A stretch of 64,000 nt of DNA, from NCBI GenBank assembly GCA_026395915.1, contig JAPLXU010000013.1, forward strand, positions 16,428 to 80,427. Direction: 5' to 3'. Positions 7,282 through 16,490 of the stretch are shown piece by piece. The position numbers were made by a program, and so were the translations under genes. The notes under the pieces were generated by a model. It searched no databases, was not told where the DNA came from, and saw only the letters and a program-made list of their open reading frames with translations. Source of the stretch: Candidatus Nomurabacteria bacterium (GTDB taxonomy: Bacteria; Patescibacteriota; Minisyncoccia; Phycocordibacterales; UBA9973). Every line of letters starts with the position of its first letter. Position 1 is the stretch's first letter.

Positions 7282-10251
7282 ATGAAAGATTCAGAAAAAA
7301 AATTCAAAGAGGAATATAGCAAGTTGAACAAAGCCCAGAAGGAGGCTGTGGATGCTATCGACGGACCAGTGATGGTGGTGGCTGGACCGGGGACAGGGAA
7401 GACACAGATACTGGCTCTTCGCATCGCGAATATTTTAACCAAGACGGACAACAAAGCAGATAGTATACTCTCTCTCACTTTTACGAACTCCGGTGTGAAA
7501 GCTATGCGCGAACGTTTGCGCGAATATATCGGCGTCGAGGCTTCAAAAATTCATGTTTCCACTTTTCACAGTTTTGGTATGGAGATTATCGAGAAATATT
7601 TTCGTGTTTTGGATTTAGAAGAGATGCCAAAATTGATGGATGAGATGGATTCTGTAGCGATCTACGATGCGATTTTGGAGGATAATGAATGGGAATATAT
7701 CCGTCCGAGGTCAGACGCTTCTAGATATTTTAACGATTTGAATAATTTGATTTCACTCTTGAAACGCGAGCGGATAGATCCTGAAGCTTTCGAAAATTTG
7801 ATAAAAGAGGAAATTGACAGTCTAGAATCCGATCCTGAAAATATCTCTTCGCGCGGGGCGACAAAGGGCGAACTAAAGAAAGATGTGCAAAAAAAGATAG
7901 AAGGATTGGCACGCACACGTGAAGCCGTTAAATTCTATGAATTTTACGAGGAAGTGAAGAAAGAAAAAAACTTTATTGATTACGACGATATCTTTCCATA
8001 TTTGGTGAAAATCATAGAGAACTCAGAAGAAGCATCTTTTGATTTGAAAGAGAAATACCAATATATTTTGATAGACGAGCATCAAGACTCTTCCGGCGTG
8101 CAAAACGAATTTTTGGAAAAAGTTTGGAAATCGGAAGAAAAGCCGAACATTTTCGTGGTGGGTGACGATCGTCAGCTTATCTATGGTTTTTCAGGCGCGT
8201 CTCTTTCTTATTTCGAAAATTTTAAGCATGTTTTTGGAAAAGCCAAGCTGATCACTTTGGAAGAGAATTATCGTTCAACGGAAAATATTTTGAATGCCTC
8301 TCATAGTTTGCTTCAAAGTTCCATTACTGATGGAAAGTTGAAAAGCAGTCATAAAGAAAATTATCCACTTCGTTTGGTTGAGGCGAGCTATTCCCGCGAT
8401 GAAATTATTGCCTGCGCGCTTGAGATAAAAGATAAAATATCAGCAAAAAATAGCGAGAAGAAAGTTGATCTTGACGAGATAGCCATACTTGTCCCCAAAA
8501 ATAAGCAGGCGCGAGAGGCTGTAGCGATTTTGCGAGATATGGGTATACCTGTGGCAGGTGGAGAGAAGTTGAATTTTTTTGATTCAGAAGAAGCACAGGC
8601 TTTCTTACAAGTTTTGAAGATAATTGCGAACCCAGCAGACGAAATTGTTCTTTCCGAATCTTTTTTCAATAAGTTTTCAGGAGTTTTACCACTCGAAGCT
8701 CACAAATTTGCAAAAGAAAATCATATGCGGGAATTTTCTATTTTGAATACCGTTTCGGAAACGCCAACCCTTTTTCAAGATGAAAGTTCTGTGAAAATTT
8801 GGCTAGCGAAATTAAAGTCCTGGATACAAAAATCCAGTGATTTGAGTTTGTATTCTTTGTTGCAAAATATTGGTTCAGAATTTTTGCTTGATACCGCGAA
8901 AAATCATGAAGATTTGATGGTTCGTATAGAGGTTGTACGCACACTTTTGCATTTAGTGCTTGCGCAAATGGAGAAAAATCCAAAAATGACATTGAAAGAA
9001 TTTTTGACTTTTGTGAATCGTCTAGAGTCTTACGGAAAACATATTCCACTCGCTGTATTTTCTGCGGATGTCGGCGTAAAAGTGCTGACGCTTCATGGTT
9101 CAAAGGGCTTAGAATTTGATTATGTGTGGATTGCGCATATGGATGAAAAATCTCTCAGTGGTGGCAGGCATGGCGGTTTCACGCTACCAAAAACATTGGA
9201 AGAGAAAGTTGAAAAGAAAGACGAGGAAGTATTGAAACGCCAACTCTATGTCGCTATTACACGAGCGAAAAGATTCTGCACGCTTTCATATTCCTTGCAT
9301 TCATACGGAGGAGGGGACTTGGAACTTGCAAACATTGTATCTGATCTCGGAGAACATTTTGAAAAGCAAAATGCGGAAGAAACTGAAAAGATAATTTTGA
9401 AAAATGATCCGAGAGCGTACGTGGGAAAAAAGCAGACAGAAAATAAAAATGTCACGTTAGCGGATTTGCAAAAACTGGTTGCTAAAGATTACGAGGATAG
9501 AAAAGTGTCCGTATCGCTTTTGAACAATTTTTTCGAATGCCCTTGGAAATGGTACTTCAGAAATTTGCTTCAGCTACCAGAAGCGAAGAGCGTGAGTTTG
9601 GAATTTGGCAACAAAGTGCATTCATCAATCGACAAGATTCTGAAGCTAAAGAAAATTCCTAAGGAGAAAGATTTAGATGAAATAACAGGTGGAGACAAAG
9701 AAGTTTTAAAAATCGTCTCAAGATGGATAAAAAATAGATTGGGAGAGATAGAACAAAAAAGAGAAAACGAGCGAAGTGTTTCTGTTTCCGACGACAGATT
9801 TCCTCATTTGAATGTCTACGGCAAGATAGACTTGATAGAAAATTTGAACGACAAAAGTGTTCGCGTGACGGACTTCAAAACCGGGAGCGTAAGAAAAAAA
9901 GTAGACATAGAAAAGATTGATGAGCATGGCAGGATGAGTTCGTATATGCGTCAGCTTTCAATGTATTCGTATTTATTAAAACAGAGTCCGAAATGGAAAG
10001 CGGATGTCAGCGAGTCGCGTTTAGAATTTTTAGAAGCAAAAAATGAGAAGGAAAGCATTTATAGTACATTGATTAAAAAAGAACAGATTGATTTGCTTAT
10101 CAAAGATATAAAAGATTACGATGAATCTGCAAAGAAAGGCGAGTGGGTAGATCGTCCTTGCAACTATAATTCCTATGGAAAAAATACTGAATGCGAATAT
10201 TGCAAAATGGCGGAAATTTACACTGGTCCATTATCCAACCAGCCAAAATAA
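7282..10251 (+). CDS. UvrD/PcrA-family helicase with C-terminal PD-(D/E)XK nuclease domain
   Basis: AGPGTGKT, LIDEHQD, TLHGSKGLEF, YVAITRAK; C-terminal GKIDLI..DFKTG and Cys cluster. Confidence 0.9.
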   Translation: MKDSEKKFKEEYSKLNKAQKEAVDAIDGPVMVVAGPGTGKTQILALRIANILTKTDNKADSILSLTFTNSGVKAMRERLREYIGVEASKIHVSTFHSFGMEIIEKYFRVLDLEEMPKLMDEMDSVAIYDAILEDNEWEYIRPRSDASRYFNDLNNLISLLKRERIDPEAFENLIKEEIDSLESDPENISSRGATKGELKKDVQKKIEGLARTREAVKFYEFYEEVKKEKNFIDYDDIFPYLVKIIENSEEASFDLKEKYQYILIDEHQDSSGVQNEFLEKVWKSEEKPNIFVVGDDRQLIYGFSGASLSYFENFKHVFGKAKLITLEENYRSTENILNASHSLLQSSITDGKLKSSHKENYPLRLVEASYSRDEIIACALEIKDKISAKNSEKKVDLDEIAILVPKNKQAREAVAILRDMGIPVAGGEKLNFFDSEEAQAFLQVLKIIANPADEIVLSESFFNKFSGVLPLEAHKFAKENHMREFSILNTVSETPTLFQDESSVKIWLAKLKSWIQKSSDLSLYSLLQNIGSEFLLDTAKNHEDLMVRIEVVRTLLHLVLAQMEKNPKMTLKEFLTFVNRLESYGKHIPLAVFSADVGVKVLTLHGSKGLEFDYVWIAHMDEKSLSGGRHGGFTLPKTLEEKVEKKDEEVLKRQLYVAITRAKRFCTLSYSLHSYGGGDLELANIVSDLGEHFEKQNAEETEKIILKNDPRAYVGKKQTENKNVTLADLQKLVAKDYEDRKVSVSLLNNFFECPWKWYFRNLLQLPEAKSVSLEFGNKVHSSIDKILKLKKIPKEKDLDEITGGDKEVLKIVSRWIKNRLGEIEQKRENERSVSVSDDRFPHLNVYGKIDLIENLNDKSVRVTDFKTGSVRKKVDIEKIDEHGRMSSYMRQLSMYSYLLKQSPKWKADVSESRLEFLEAKNEKESIYSTLIKKEQIDLLIKDIKDYDESAKKGEWVDRPCNYNSYGKNTECEYCKMAEIYTGPLSNQPK

Positions 10252-10322
10252 AATCCAAGCAAAGCGAACAAGATTATGGCGATAATCAAAATCAAATAAA
10301 TCCTCTTTGTTTTCTGGTCCAT
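10218..10322 (-). CDS. Small single-TM protein (34 aa), not in the ORF track
   Basis: MDQKTKRIYLILIIAIILFALLGFYFGWLDNGPV; TGa-TACAAT box 6 nt before the ATG. Confidence 0.55.
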   Translation of the reverse strand: MDQKTKRIYLILIIAIILFALLGFYFGWLDNGPV

Positions 10323-10377
10323 CAGTGAATTGTATCAAAATCTTGTAATTTTGTCTTTTTTTCGTTAAGATAACGAT

Positions 10378-11088
10378 ATGAGCACCGAAAATAAAAAAGG
10401 CACAGAGCATCCGCTTTCTATTGTTATAAACGAAGCAGTAAAGATCTTTACTGATTTGGGTTTTGAAGTTGCCAGCGGTCCAGAGCTCGAAGATGTTTGG
10501 CATAATTTCGATGCCTTGAATGTTCCCAAAGATCATCCAGCGCGTGATATGCAGGACACTTTTTACATCAAAGGAGAAGATGGAAAAGTTTTGAGAACTC
10601 ACACCTCGAATGTGCAGATTAGATATATGGAAAACTTTGTGAAGTCCAACAGGAAACCACCGTTTGCGGTCATTTCAGTTGGTAAATGTTTTCGCAATGA
10701 GGCAACCGACGCGACTCATGAGATGCAATTCTATCAGATCGAGGGGTTGATGGTTGGAGAAGATATTTCGATGGCAAATTTGAAAGGAGTGTTATCTCAT
10801 TTTTATAAAAAAATGCTTGGCGAGGACACGAATCTTCGTTTTCGTCCGAGTTTCTTCCCATTTACTGAGCCCTCGATAGAATTTGATTTGAAATATAAAG
10901 GAAAATGGATTGAGATGGGCGGGGCGGGCATGGTGCATCCGAAAGTTTTGGAAAATTGCGGGATTGATTCAAAAAAATACCAAGGTTTTGCTTTCGGTCC
11001 GGGACTCGAGAGGCTCATGGTTATAAAATACGTAATGCCGGACATCAGACCGGCTTATCAAGGCGACTTAAGGTTTAATCAGTTTTAA
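10378..11088 (+). CDS. pheS: Phenylalanyl-tRNA synthetase alpha subunit (N-terminally short)
   Basis: HPARDMQDTF, LRTHTS, RPSFFPFTEPS, GFAFGPGLERL. Confidence 0.95.
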   Translation: MSTENKKGTEHPLSIVINEAVKIFTDLGFEVASGPELEDVWHNFDALNVPKDHPARDMQDTFYIKGEDGKVLRTHTSNVQIRYMENFVKSNRKPPFAVISVGKCFRNEATDATHEMQFYQIEGLMVGEDISMANLKGVLSHFYKKMLGEDTNLRFRPSFFPFTEPSIEFDLKYKGKWIEMGGAGMVHPKVLENCGIDSKKYQGFAFGPGLERLMVIKYVMPDIRPAYQGDLRFNQF

Positions 11089-11091
11089 TTT

Positions 11092-11484
11092 ATGGAATAT
11101 GTGAAAGATTTTGATGCATGGAATACAAAGAAAAAAATAATTGATCAAAAAGAAACGTCTGATCATGTATTTTTTGCTGAACGTGAAATCTGGTGGGGCT
11201 CGTTAGGATTAAACATTGGATATGAACAAGACGGAAAGAATGAAAATTTTGAGCGTCCTTTGCTTTTGATAAAAAAATTCAATAGAGATATTGTTTTAGC
11301 AGTTCCATTAACAAGTGTTGCAAAGAATAATAAGTTTCATCATAAGTTGAAATCAAGCGGTTCTTTTGTCATACTTTCGCAGATGAGACTTATTAGCACG
11401 AAAAGATTACTTCGTAGAGTGGAGAAAATAACAGATTCGGAATTTGAAGAAATTATTAGTAAAATTAAGAGTTTGTTCCCATAA
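11092..11484 (+). CDS. PemK/MazF-like endoribonuclease toxin (orphan)
   Basis: EREIWWGSLGLNIGYEQDGK..FERPLL, AVPLTS, ILSQMRLISTKRL; paralog at 45648. Confidence 0.8.
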   Translation: MEYVKDFDAWNTKKKIIDQKETSDHVFFAEREIWWGSLGLNIGYEQDGKNENFERPLLLIKKFNRDIVLAVPLTSVAKNNKFHHKLKSSGSFVILSQMRLISTKRLLRRVEKITDSEFEEIISKIKSLFP

Positions 11485-11536
11485 AAGCGAAACCCCGCTT
11501 TCGCGGGGAATCTCGGGGGCCTAACGACCATTTACC
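11485..11536 (-). ncRNA. Candidate small structured RNA, copy 1, convergent on the MazF-like gene
   Basis: Minus strand GTAAATG-hairpin-CCCGAGA-hairpin-TTTCG, downstream of a sigma70-like promoter; two related copies near 46.0-46.2 kb. Confidence 0.6.
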
Positions 11537-11541
11537 TAAGT

Positions 11542-11570
11542 AGTGTATACTAGACGAAAGGTAAAGTCAA
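11542..11570 (-). promoter_or_regulatory. Sigma70-like promoter of sRNA copy 1
   Basis: TTGACT-17 nt-TACACT on the minus strand. Confidence 0.6.
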
Positions 11571-11607
11571 GCAAAAAAAATATTTATAAATAATATATTC
11601 ATAAATT

Positions 11608-11886
11608 ATGGAACTCGAATTAATAGTAATTATTGGATTTATAACGACAGTTTTAACTATCTTGGTAAAAATTGTTGGTTTTCCAGACCAAATAAAGAAA
11701 AATTATCAAAGAAAATCCACTGAAGGAATTTCTACGGCTTTTTATGTACTTTCTTTTATAACATATATTTTTTGGACTATACATGGAATTTTGCAAAATG
11801 ATTGGGTAGTATATTTTGGTCAAGGTCTGGGAATACTAACTACTGGTATCATTGTATTTCAAATATTCTTTTATCATAAAAAATAA
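11608..11886 (+). CDS. SemiSWEET/PQ-loop family small transporter
   Basis: 92 aa, three TM segments, FPDQIKKNY.RKSTEGIS and WTIHGIL motifs. Confidence 0.75.
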   Translation: MELELIVIIGFITTVLTILVKIVGFPDQIKKNYQRKSTEGISTAFYVLSFITYIFWTIHGILQNDWVVYFGQGLGILTTGIIVFQIFFYHKK

Positions 11887-11895
11887 TTTTTTGAC

Positions 11896-13716
11896 ATGAA
11901 AATTTCTTACAATTGGCTCAAATCATATATACCAGAAGCTCCCACGCCTGAAAAACTCGCAGAAGTTTTTACTTTTCATATTTGTGAAGTCGAAAGCTTT
12001 GATAGATTACCAAATGGCGACGTTGTTTTTGATTTGAAAATATTGCCGAACCGCGCGCATGATTTGCTTTCTCACCAAGGCATTGCTCGAGAACTTGCTT
12101 CGCTTCTTGATATAAAATTCGTTGATCCGACGGCAAAATATAAAATTCCAAAATCAAAACCGACAAAACTAAAAATAGAAATAAAAAGCAATAAGTGTCG
12201 CCGTTATATAGGCAGAATTATTAGGGGAATAAAAATTGGTCCATCTCCAGAATGGGTAGTAAAACATTTAGAATCCATAGGCCAGAGAAGTATAAATAAT
12301 ATAGTTGATGCCGCAAATCTCGTAATGTTTGATTGTGGTCAACCGACGCATGCTTTCGATTTGGATAAAATACCGGAAGAAAAAATCATTGTAAAGAATG
12401 CTACGGATTTAGAAAATGCTTCCATTACAATGGAAACTCTTGATGGAAAAGTTTGCAAACTGTCGAAAAACGATCTGGTCATAGCTTCTGTCAGCAATAC
12501 ATTAGCTATAGCAGGAATTAAGGGTGGTAAAAAAGCAGAGGTTCATAATGAAACCACAAATATAATTCTCGAATGCGCCAATTTCGATCCTGTGAGTGTT
12601 AGAAAAACTGCGCAAGCCTTGAATATCATTACCGACGCAAAAAAGCGTTTTGAGAATGATTTATCTCCTGAATTAGCCGAGTACGGAATGATGGAACTCT
12701 CAGCGCTTATTTTTGAAATGTGTCCAGATGCGATTTTTGAAGATGTCATTGACGTTTATCCTAATAAGGCTGAACAGAGAAAAGTTTTTGTTTCAGTCGA
12801 TTATATCAACAAGCGTCTCGGCTCGGATTTTTCAAAAAAAGAAATTGAGAATGTTTGGAAAAAATTAAATTTTAAATATGTAGAGAAAAATGGAGAATTT
12901 GAAATCGTGATTCCGTTTTCGAGGATTGATATAAACGATCCATGCGATTTGACGGAGGATGTAATAAGCGTTTTGGGGTACGATAAAATCAAAGAAAAGT
13001 TGCCAGAAACAAAAACTAAATCAAAAATGAATGAAACCTTTGCCAAAATGCTTTGGGCTAGAAACAAACTGCTCGATGATGGATATAGTGAGGTGATGAC
13101 ATACGTTTTCAGAGACAATGGTGAATTGGAAGTATTGGCTTCTGCCTCGGATAAAAAATTTTTACGCACGAATTTAACTGATGGGCTCAAGGAAAGTATT
13201 AAATTGAATCAAACAAACGCGTCGCTTCTTGGAATTGACAAGGTTAGGGTTTTTGAGATCGGGACCATTTTCAAAAAGAAAGGCGAGGAGATGCATGTTA
13301 CGTACGGAGACAAAAAAAATGTTGCCGAAGTCTCTTTGGAAGATTTTTGTAAAGGGCAGATTTTGCAAGGACAGTCCTTAAGAGAGTTTCCCCAAGGACT
13401 GTCCTTGGAAAAATCTAAGGAAACTAAGTTCAAAATGTGGTCCCTGTTTCCCTTTATTGCGCGCGACGTAGCTGTTTGGGTTCCGGAAAATGTAAAAAGC
13501 ACTGAAGTCGCTCAAATAATAAAAGAAAACATGGGAGAAATGGTGGTCCGAGGTCCGGAACTTTTTGATGAATTCAAAAAAGATGGAAAAACTTCTTATG
13601 CTTTCAGATTGGTTTTCCAATCTTACGACAGGACTCTCACCGACGCCGAGGTGAATGAAATTATGACGAAAATAACTGATAAAATAAAAGAAAATGTAGG
13701 TTGGCAGGTGAGGTAG
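11896..13716 (+). CDS. pheT: Phenylalanyl-tRNA synthetase beta subunit
   Basis: MKISYNWL, PNRAHDLLSH.GIARE, GQPTHAFD, C-terminal FDX-ACB domain (RTLTDAEV). Confidence 0.95.
   Translation: MKISYNWLKSYIPEAPTPEKLAEVFTFHICEVESFDRLPNGDVVFDLKILPNRAHDLLSHQGIARELASLLDIKFVDPTAKYKIPKSKPTKLKIEIKSNKCRRYIGRIIRGIKIGPSPEWVVKHLESIGQRSINNIVDAANLVMFDCGQPTHAFDLDKIPEEKIIVKNATDLENASITMETLDGKVCKLSKNDLVIASVSNTLAIAGIKGGKKAEVHNETTNIILECANFDPVSVRKTAQALNIITDAKKRFENDLSPELAEYGMMELSALIFEMCPDAIFEDVIDVYPNKAEQRKVFVSVDYINKRLGSDFSKKEIENVWKKLNFKYVEKNGEFEIVIPFSRIDINDPCDLTEDVISVLGYDKIKEKLPETKTKSKMNETFAKMLWARNKLLDDGYSEVMTYVFRDNGELEVLASASDKKFLRTNLTDGLKESIKLNQTNASLLGIDKVRVFEIGTIFKKKGEEMHVTYGDKKNVAEVSLEDFCKGQILQGQSLREFPQGLSLEKSKETKFKMWSLFPFIARDVAVWVPENVKSTEVAQIIKENMGEMVVRGPELFDEFKKDGKTSYAFRLVFQSYDRTLTDAEVNEIMTKITDKIKENVGWQVR
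13358..13416. repeat. Inverted REP-like doublet inside pheT
   Basis: caaggacagtcctt (13366-13379) and its reverse complement aaggactgtccttg (13394-13407). Confidence 0.8.
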
Positions 13717-13862
13717 AAATTTTATTGACAAAAAATGGGCAGTTGCTAATATATACAATACAGATGAAAAACTTACGAAAAAACTATTATTTTAGTTTTT
13801 GGGCTCCACATTTGAGAGTCGATTTTTCTTATTGATTTCAACTAATTTAAACGATCAATTGA

Positions 13863-13894
13863 AAAAATGGGCTCTCAAGTGAGAGCCCATTTTT
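13863..13894. terminator. 14-bp stem hairpin, likely intrinsic terminator
   Basis: aaaaatgggctctc-aagt-gagagcccattttt. Confidence 0.6.
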
Positions 13895-13966
13895 AGTTCT
13901 TCTTTGTTTTCACTGCCCGATCTCGGGATGAGTGAATTGTTCTTGTACAAATAAATCAGTGTTGTT

Positions 13967-14209
13967 ATGGTAAAAAGAATAGAGTCTGGCTGTAAGCTAA
14001 CGTTGGCAGATGAATTGCACCTATCTTTGGTGCTTGGTCCTGGCAATGGCGATTCTCCTAAACCAGAGGATATGCTCCATCTTGAGAGGGGGACGATAGT
14101 TACTGTGGCAGGAGATCATCCTGAAAATGCCTTTGAAATTGGGTTCAGAGTAAACAAAAAACCAGGAACTTTCTATGCTCCAAGGTCGCATTTTGCCGGA
14201 TGTGCCTAA
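13967..14209 (+). CDS. Hypothetical 80-aa protein
   Basis: ATG-started ORF filling the pheT-gyrB gap and followed by structured sequence; no family recognised. Confidence 0.45.
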   Translation: MVKRIESGCKLTLADELHLSLVLGPGNGDSPKPEDMLHLERGTIVTVAGDHPENAFEIGFRVNKKPGTFYAPRSHFAGCA

Positions 14210-14302
14210 TGCGCTTGGCATTAACCAAGCAAAGGCTGAGAGTCCTTACGTAAACTCTTCGTGTTCGGCGGGACCGGACAGCATTGGGTGCTATACTCAA
14301 AG

Positions 14303-14340
14303 AACCGCAACGTGCAAAATGAACGTTGCGGTTTTTTTTT
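14303..14340 (+). terminator. Intrinsic terminator
   Basis: aaccgcaacgt...acgttgcggtt followed by a T run. Confidence 0.75.
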
Positions 14341-14406
14341 GTAAACAAAATTGTTAGTAAATATGCTGGCAAATGCAAAGGAAATTTGCTATAATGCAAG
14401 TACATT

Positions 14407-16488
14407 ATGGCAAAAGAAAAGGAAGAAAAGAAAGGAAATGGGCATCATTATGATGCTTCAGATATCTCGGTTTTAGAGGGTCTGGAGCCCGTACGGCGCC
14501 GTCCTGGCATGTATATTGGCACCACAGGCCCGGAAGGGCTTCATCATTTGGTGTGGGAGATTTTTGACAACTCTCGCGATGAAGCGATGGGAGGATTTTG
14601 CAACGATATCGAAGTGACTCTTTTGCCGGAAAATCGCGTGCGAGTGGTGGACAATGGACGAGGCATACCTGTCGATATTCACAAAAAAACAAAAGTTTCA
14701 GCTTTGGAAACTGTCATGACGACTCTCCATGCCGGAGGAAAATTCGGCGGAGAAAACAGTGGATACAAAGTTTCCGGCGGTTTGCACGGAGTAGGCGCGT
14801 CTGTTGTGAACGCTCTTTCTATTTATTGCAGAGTGGAGGTTCATAAAGACGGTGGTATTTACATGCAAGAATATTCTCAAGGCAAGAAAAAATCTGCAGT
14901 AAAAAAAATCGGCAATTCGAAACTCCATGGCACGGTAGTGACTTTCGAACCAGACCAAGAAATTTTCAAGGAAATAAAATTCGACTGGAACACGATAGTG
15001 AATCATATCCGCCAGCAAGCGTACTTGGTCAAAGGATTAAAGATTTTGATAATCGACGCGCGAGGATGGGACAACAAAAAAGGTTTGAACGAATCGGATG
15101 TTTTTTATTTCAGAGATCTTGGTTTGGAGCTTCCATCGGTTTCTTTTTATTTCGAAGGCGGACTGATTTCTCTTATAAAATATTACAACAAATTTCAGAA
15201 AGCTATCCAGAGCCATATTTTTTACGTTGAAAAAGAGCTTGATGGCGTGGGAGTGGAAGTGGCTTTGCAATATGTCGATGACATAACCGACCGCATTGTT
15301 CCTTTTGCCAATAATATCAATACTCCAGAAGGTGGAACGCATGTGACCGGTTTCAAAACGGCGCTCACGAGGACTTTGAATACCTACTGCAAAAAAAATG
15401 AAATGATGAAAGAATCCGAAGGTGGATTCACTGGCGAAGACGTCTTGGAAGGTTTGACTGCGGTTATTTCCGTCAAACTTCGTGAGATACAGTTTGAAGG
15501 TCAGACAAAAGCGAAACTTGGCAGTCAAGAAGCGCAAGGGGCTGTGGCAACTGTGTTCGGCGAGGCGTTCAATAATTTCTTGGAAGAAAATCCTGATGAA
15601 GCTAGAGCTATAATCAACAAATCAATTCTTGCCTTGAAAGCTCGCAAGGCCGCAAAGGCTGCCAAAGATTCGATACTGCGAAAAGGCGCTCTCGAAGGCA
15701 TGACGCTTCCCGGCAAGCTCGCAGATTGCCAGAGCAAAGACGCTTCCGAATCCGAATTATTTTTGGTGGAGGGAGACTCGGCAGGAGGTTCCGCCAAACA
15801 GGGCAGGGATCGTCGAACGCAAGCCATACTCCCGCTTCGCGGAAAAATTTTGAACGTTGAGCGCGCTCGGATAGACAAGATGCTTGCGTCCAAAGAAGTG
15901 AAGTCACTCGTCATCGCTATGGGCACTTCGATTGGGGATACTTTTGATCTTTCAAAAATGCGTTATCATAAGATAATTATCGCAACCGATGCTGATGTCG
16001 ATGGATCACACATCCGCACATTGCTTTTGACTTTATTTTTCAGATATTTCAGAGCAGTTGTTGACGCTGGATACATTTACATCGCTCAGCCACCACTTTA
16101 CAAAATAAAAAAAGGTAAGGAAATTTTATATGCTTACACCGATGAAGAAAGGACAAAAATAGTCGGCAAGGGCTTAAATGTCAGTGATATAGAAGAAGTT
16201 GAAACGGATCTTCCAGCCGAGGAAGAGGCGGAGCCGGAAGAAGGTACCGAAGAAGCAAAAAAGAAATCAAACAAAGTTCATATCCAGCGCTTTAAAGGTC
16301 TCGGAGAAATGAATCCGGAAGAACTCTGGGAGACGACGATGGATCCTGCGCACCGCATCCTCAAAAAGGTAAATATCGATGACGCCGAAGAAGCAAATAA
16401 AATCTTTGATATTCTAATGGGTTCCGAAGTCCCGCCGAGAAAGTCTTTCATTCAATCAAATGCCAAATTGGCGGAGATAGATATCTAG
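14407..16488 (+). CDS. gyrB: DNA gyrase subunit B
   Basis: VRRRPGMYIG, LHAGGKF, VEGDSAGG, DADVDG, QRFKGLGEM. Confidence 0.96.
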   Translation: MAKEKEEKKGNGHHYDASDISVLEGLEPVRRRPGMYIGTTGPEGLHHLVWEIFDNSRDEAMGGFCNDIEVTLLPENRVRVVDNGRGIPVDIHKKTKVSALETVMTTLHAGGKFGGENSGYKVSGGLHGVGASVVNALSIYCRVEVHKDGGIYMQEYSQGKKKSAVKKIGNSKLHGTVVTFEPDQEIFKEIKFDWNTIVNHIRQQAYLVKGLKILIIDARGWDNKKGLNESDVFYFRDLGLELPSVSFYFEGGLISLIKYYNKFQKAIQSHIFYVEKELDGVGVEVALQYVDDITDRIVPFANNINTPEGGTHVTGFKTALTRTLNTYCKKNEMMKESEGGFTGEDVLEGLTAVISVKLREIQFEGQTKAKLGSQEAQGAVATVFGEAFNNFLEENPDEARAIINKSILALKARKAAKAAKDSILRKGALEGMTLPGKLADCQSKDASESELFLVEGDSAGGSAKQGRDRRTQAILPLRGKILNVERARIDKMLASKEVKSLVIAMGTSIGDTFDLSKMRYHKIIIATDADVDGSHIRTLLLTLFFRYFRAVVDAGYIYIAQPPLYKIKKGKEILYAYTDEERTKIVGKGLNVSDIEEVETDLPAEEEAEPEEGTEEAKKKSNKVHIQRFKGLGEMNPEELWETTMDPAHRILKKVNIDDAEEANKIFDILMGSEVPPRKSFIQSNAKLAEIDI

Positions 16489-16490
16489 TT

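Noticed and set aside
14211-14300. Assignment as hammerhead, twister, TPP or preQ1 RNA
   Set aside because: Only fragments (ctgaga, cttgg/ccaag) match and the core consensus elements are missing; kept as an unassigned structure
16170-16275. Acidic insertion in GyrB as a mobile palindrome
   Set aside because: No inverted repeat; looks like a low-complexity loop at a known variable position
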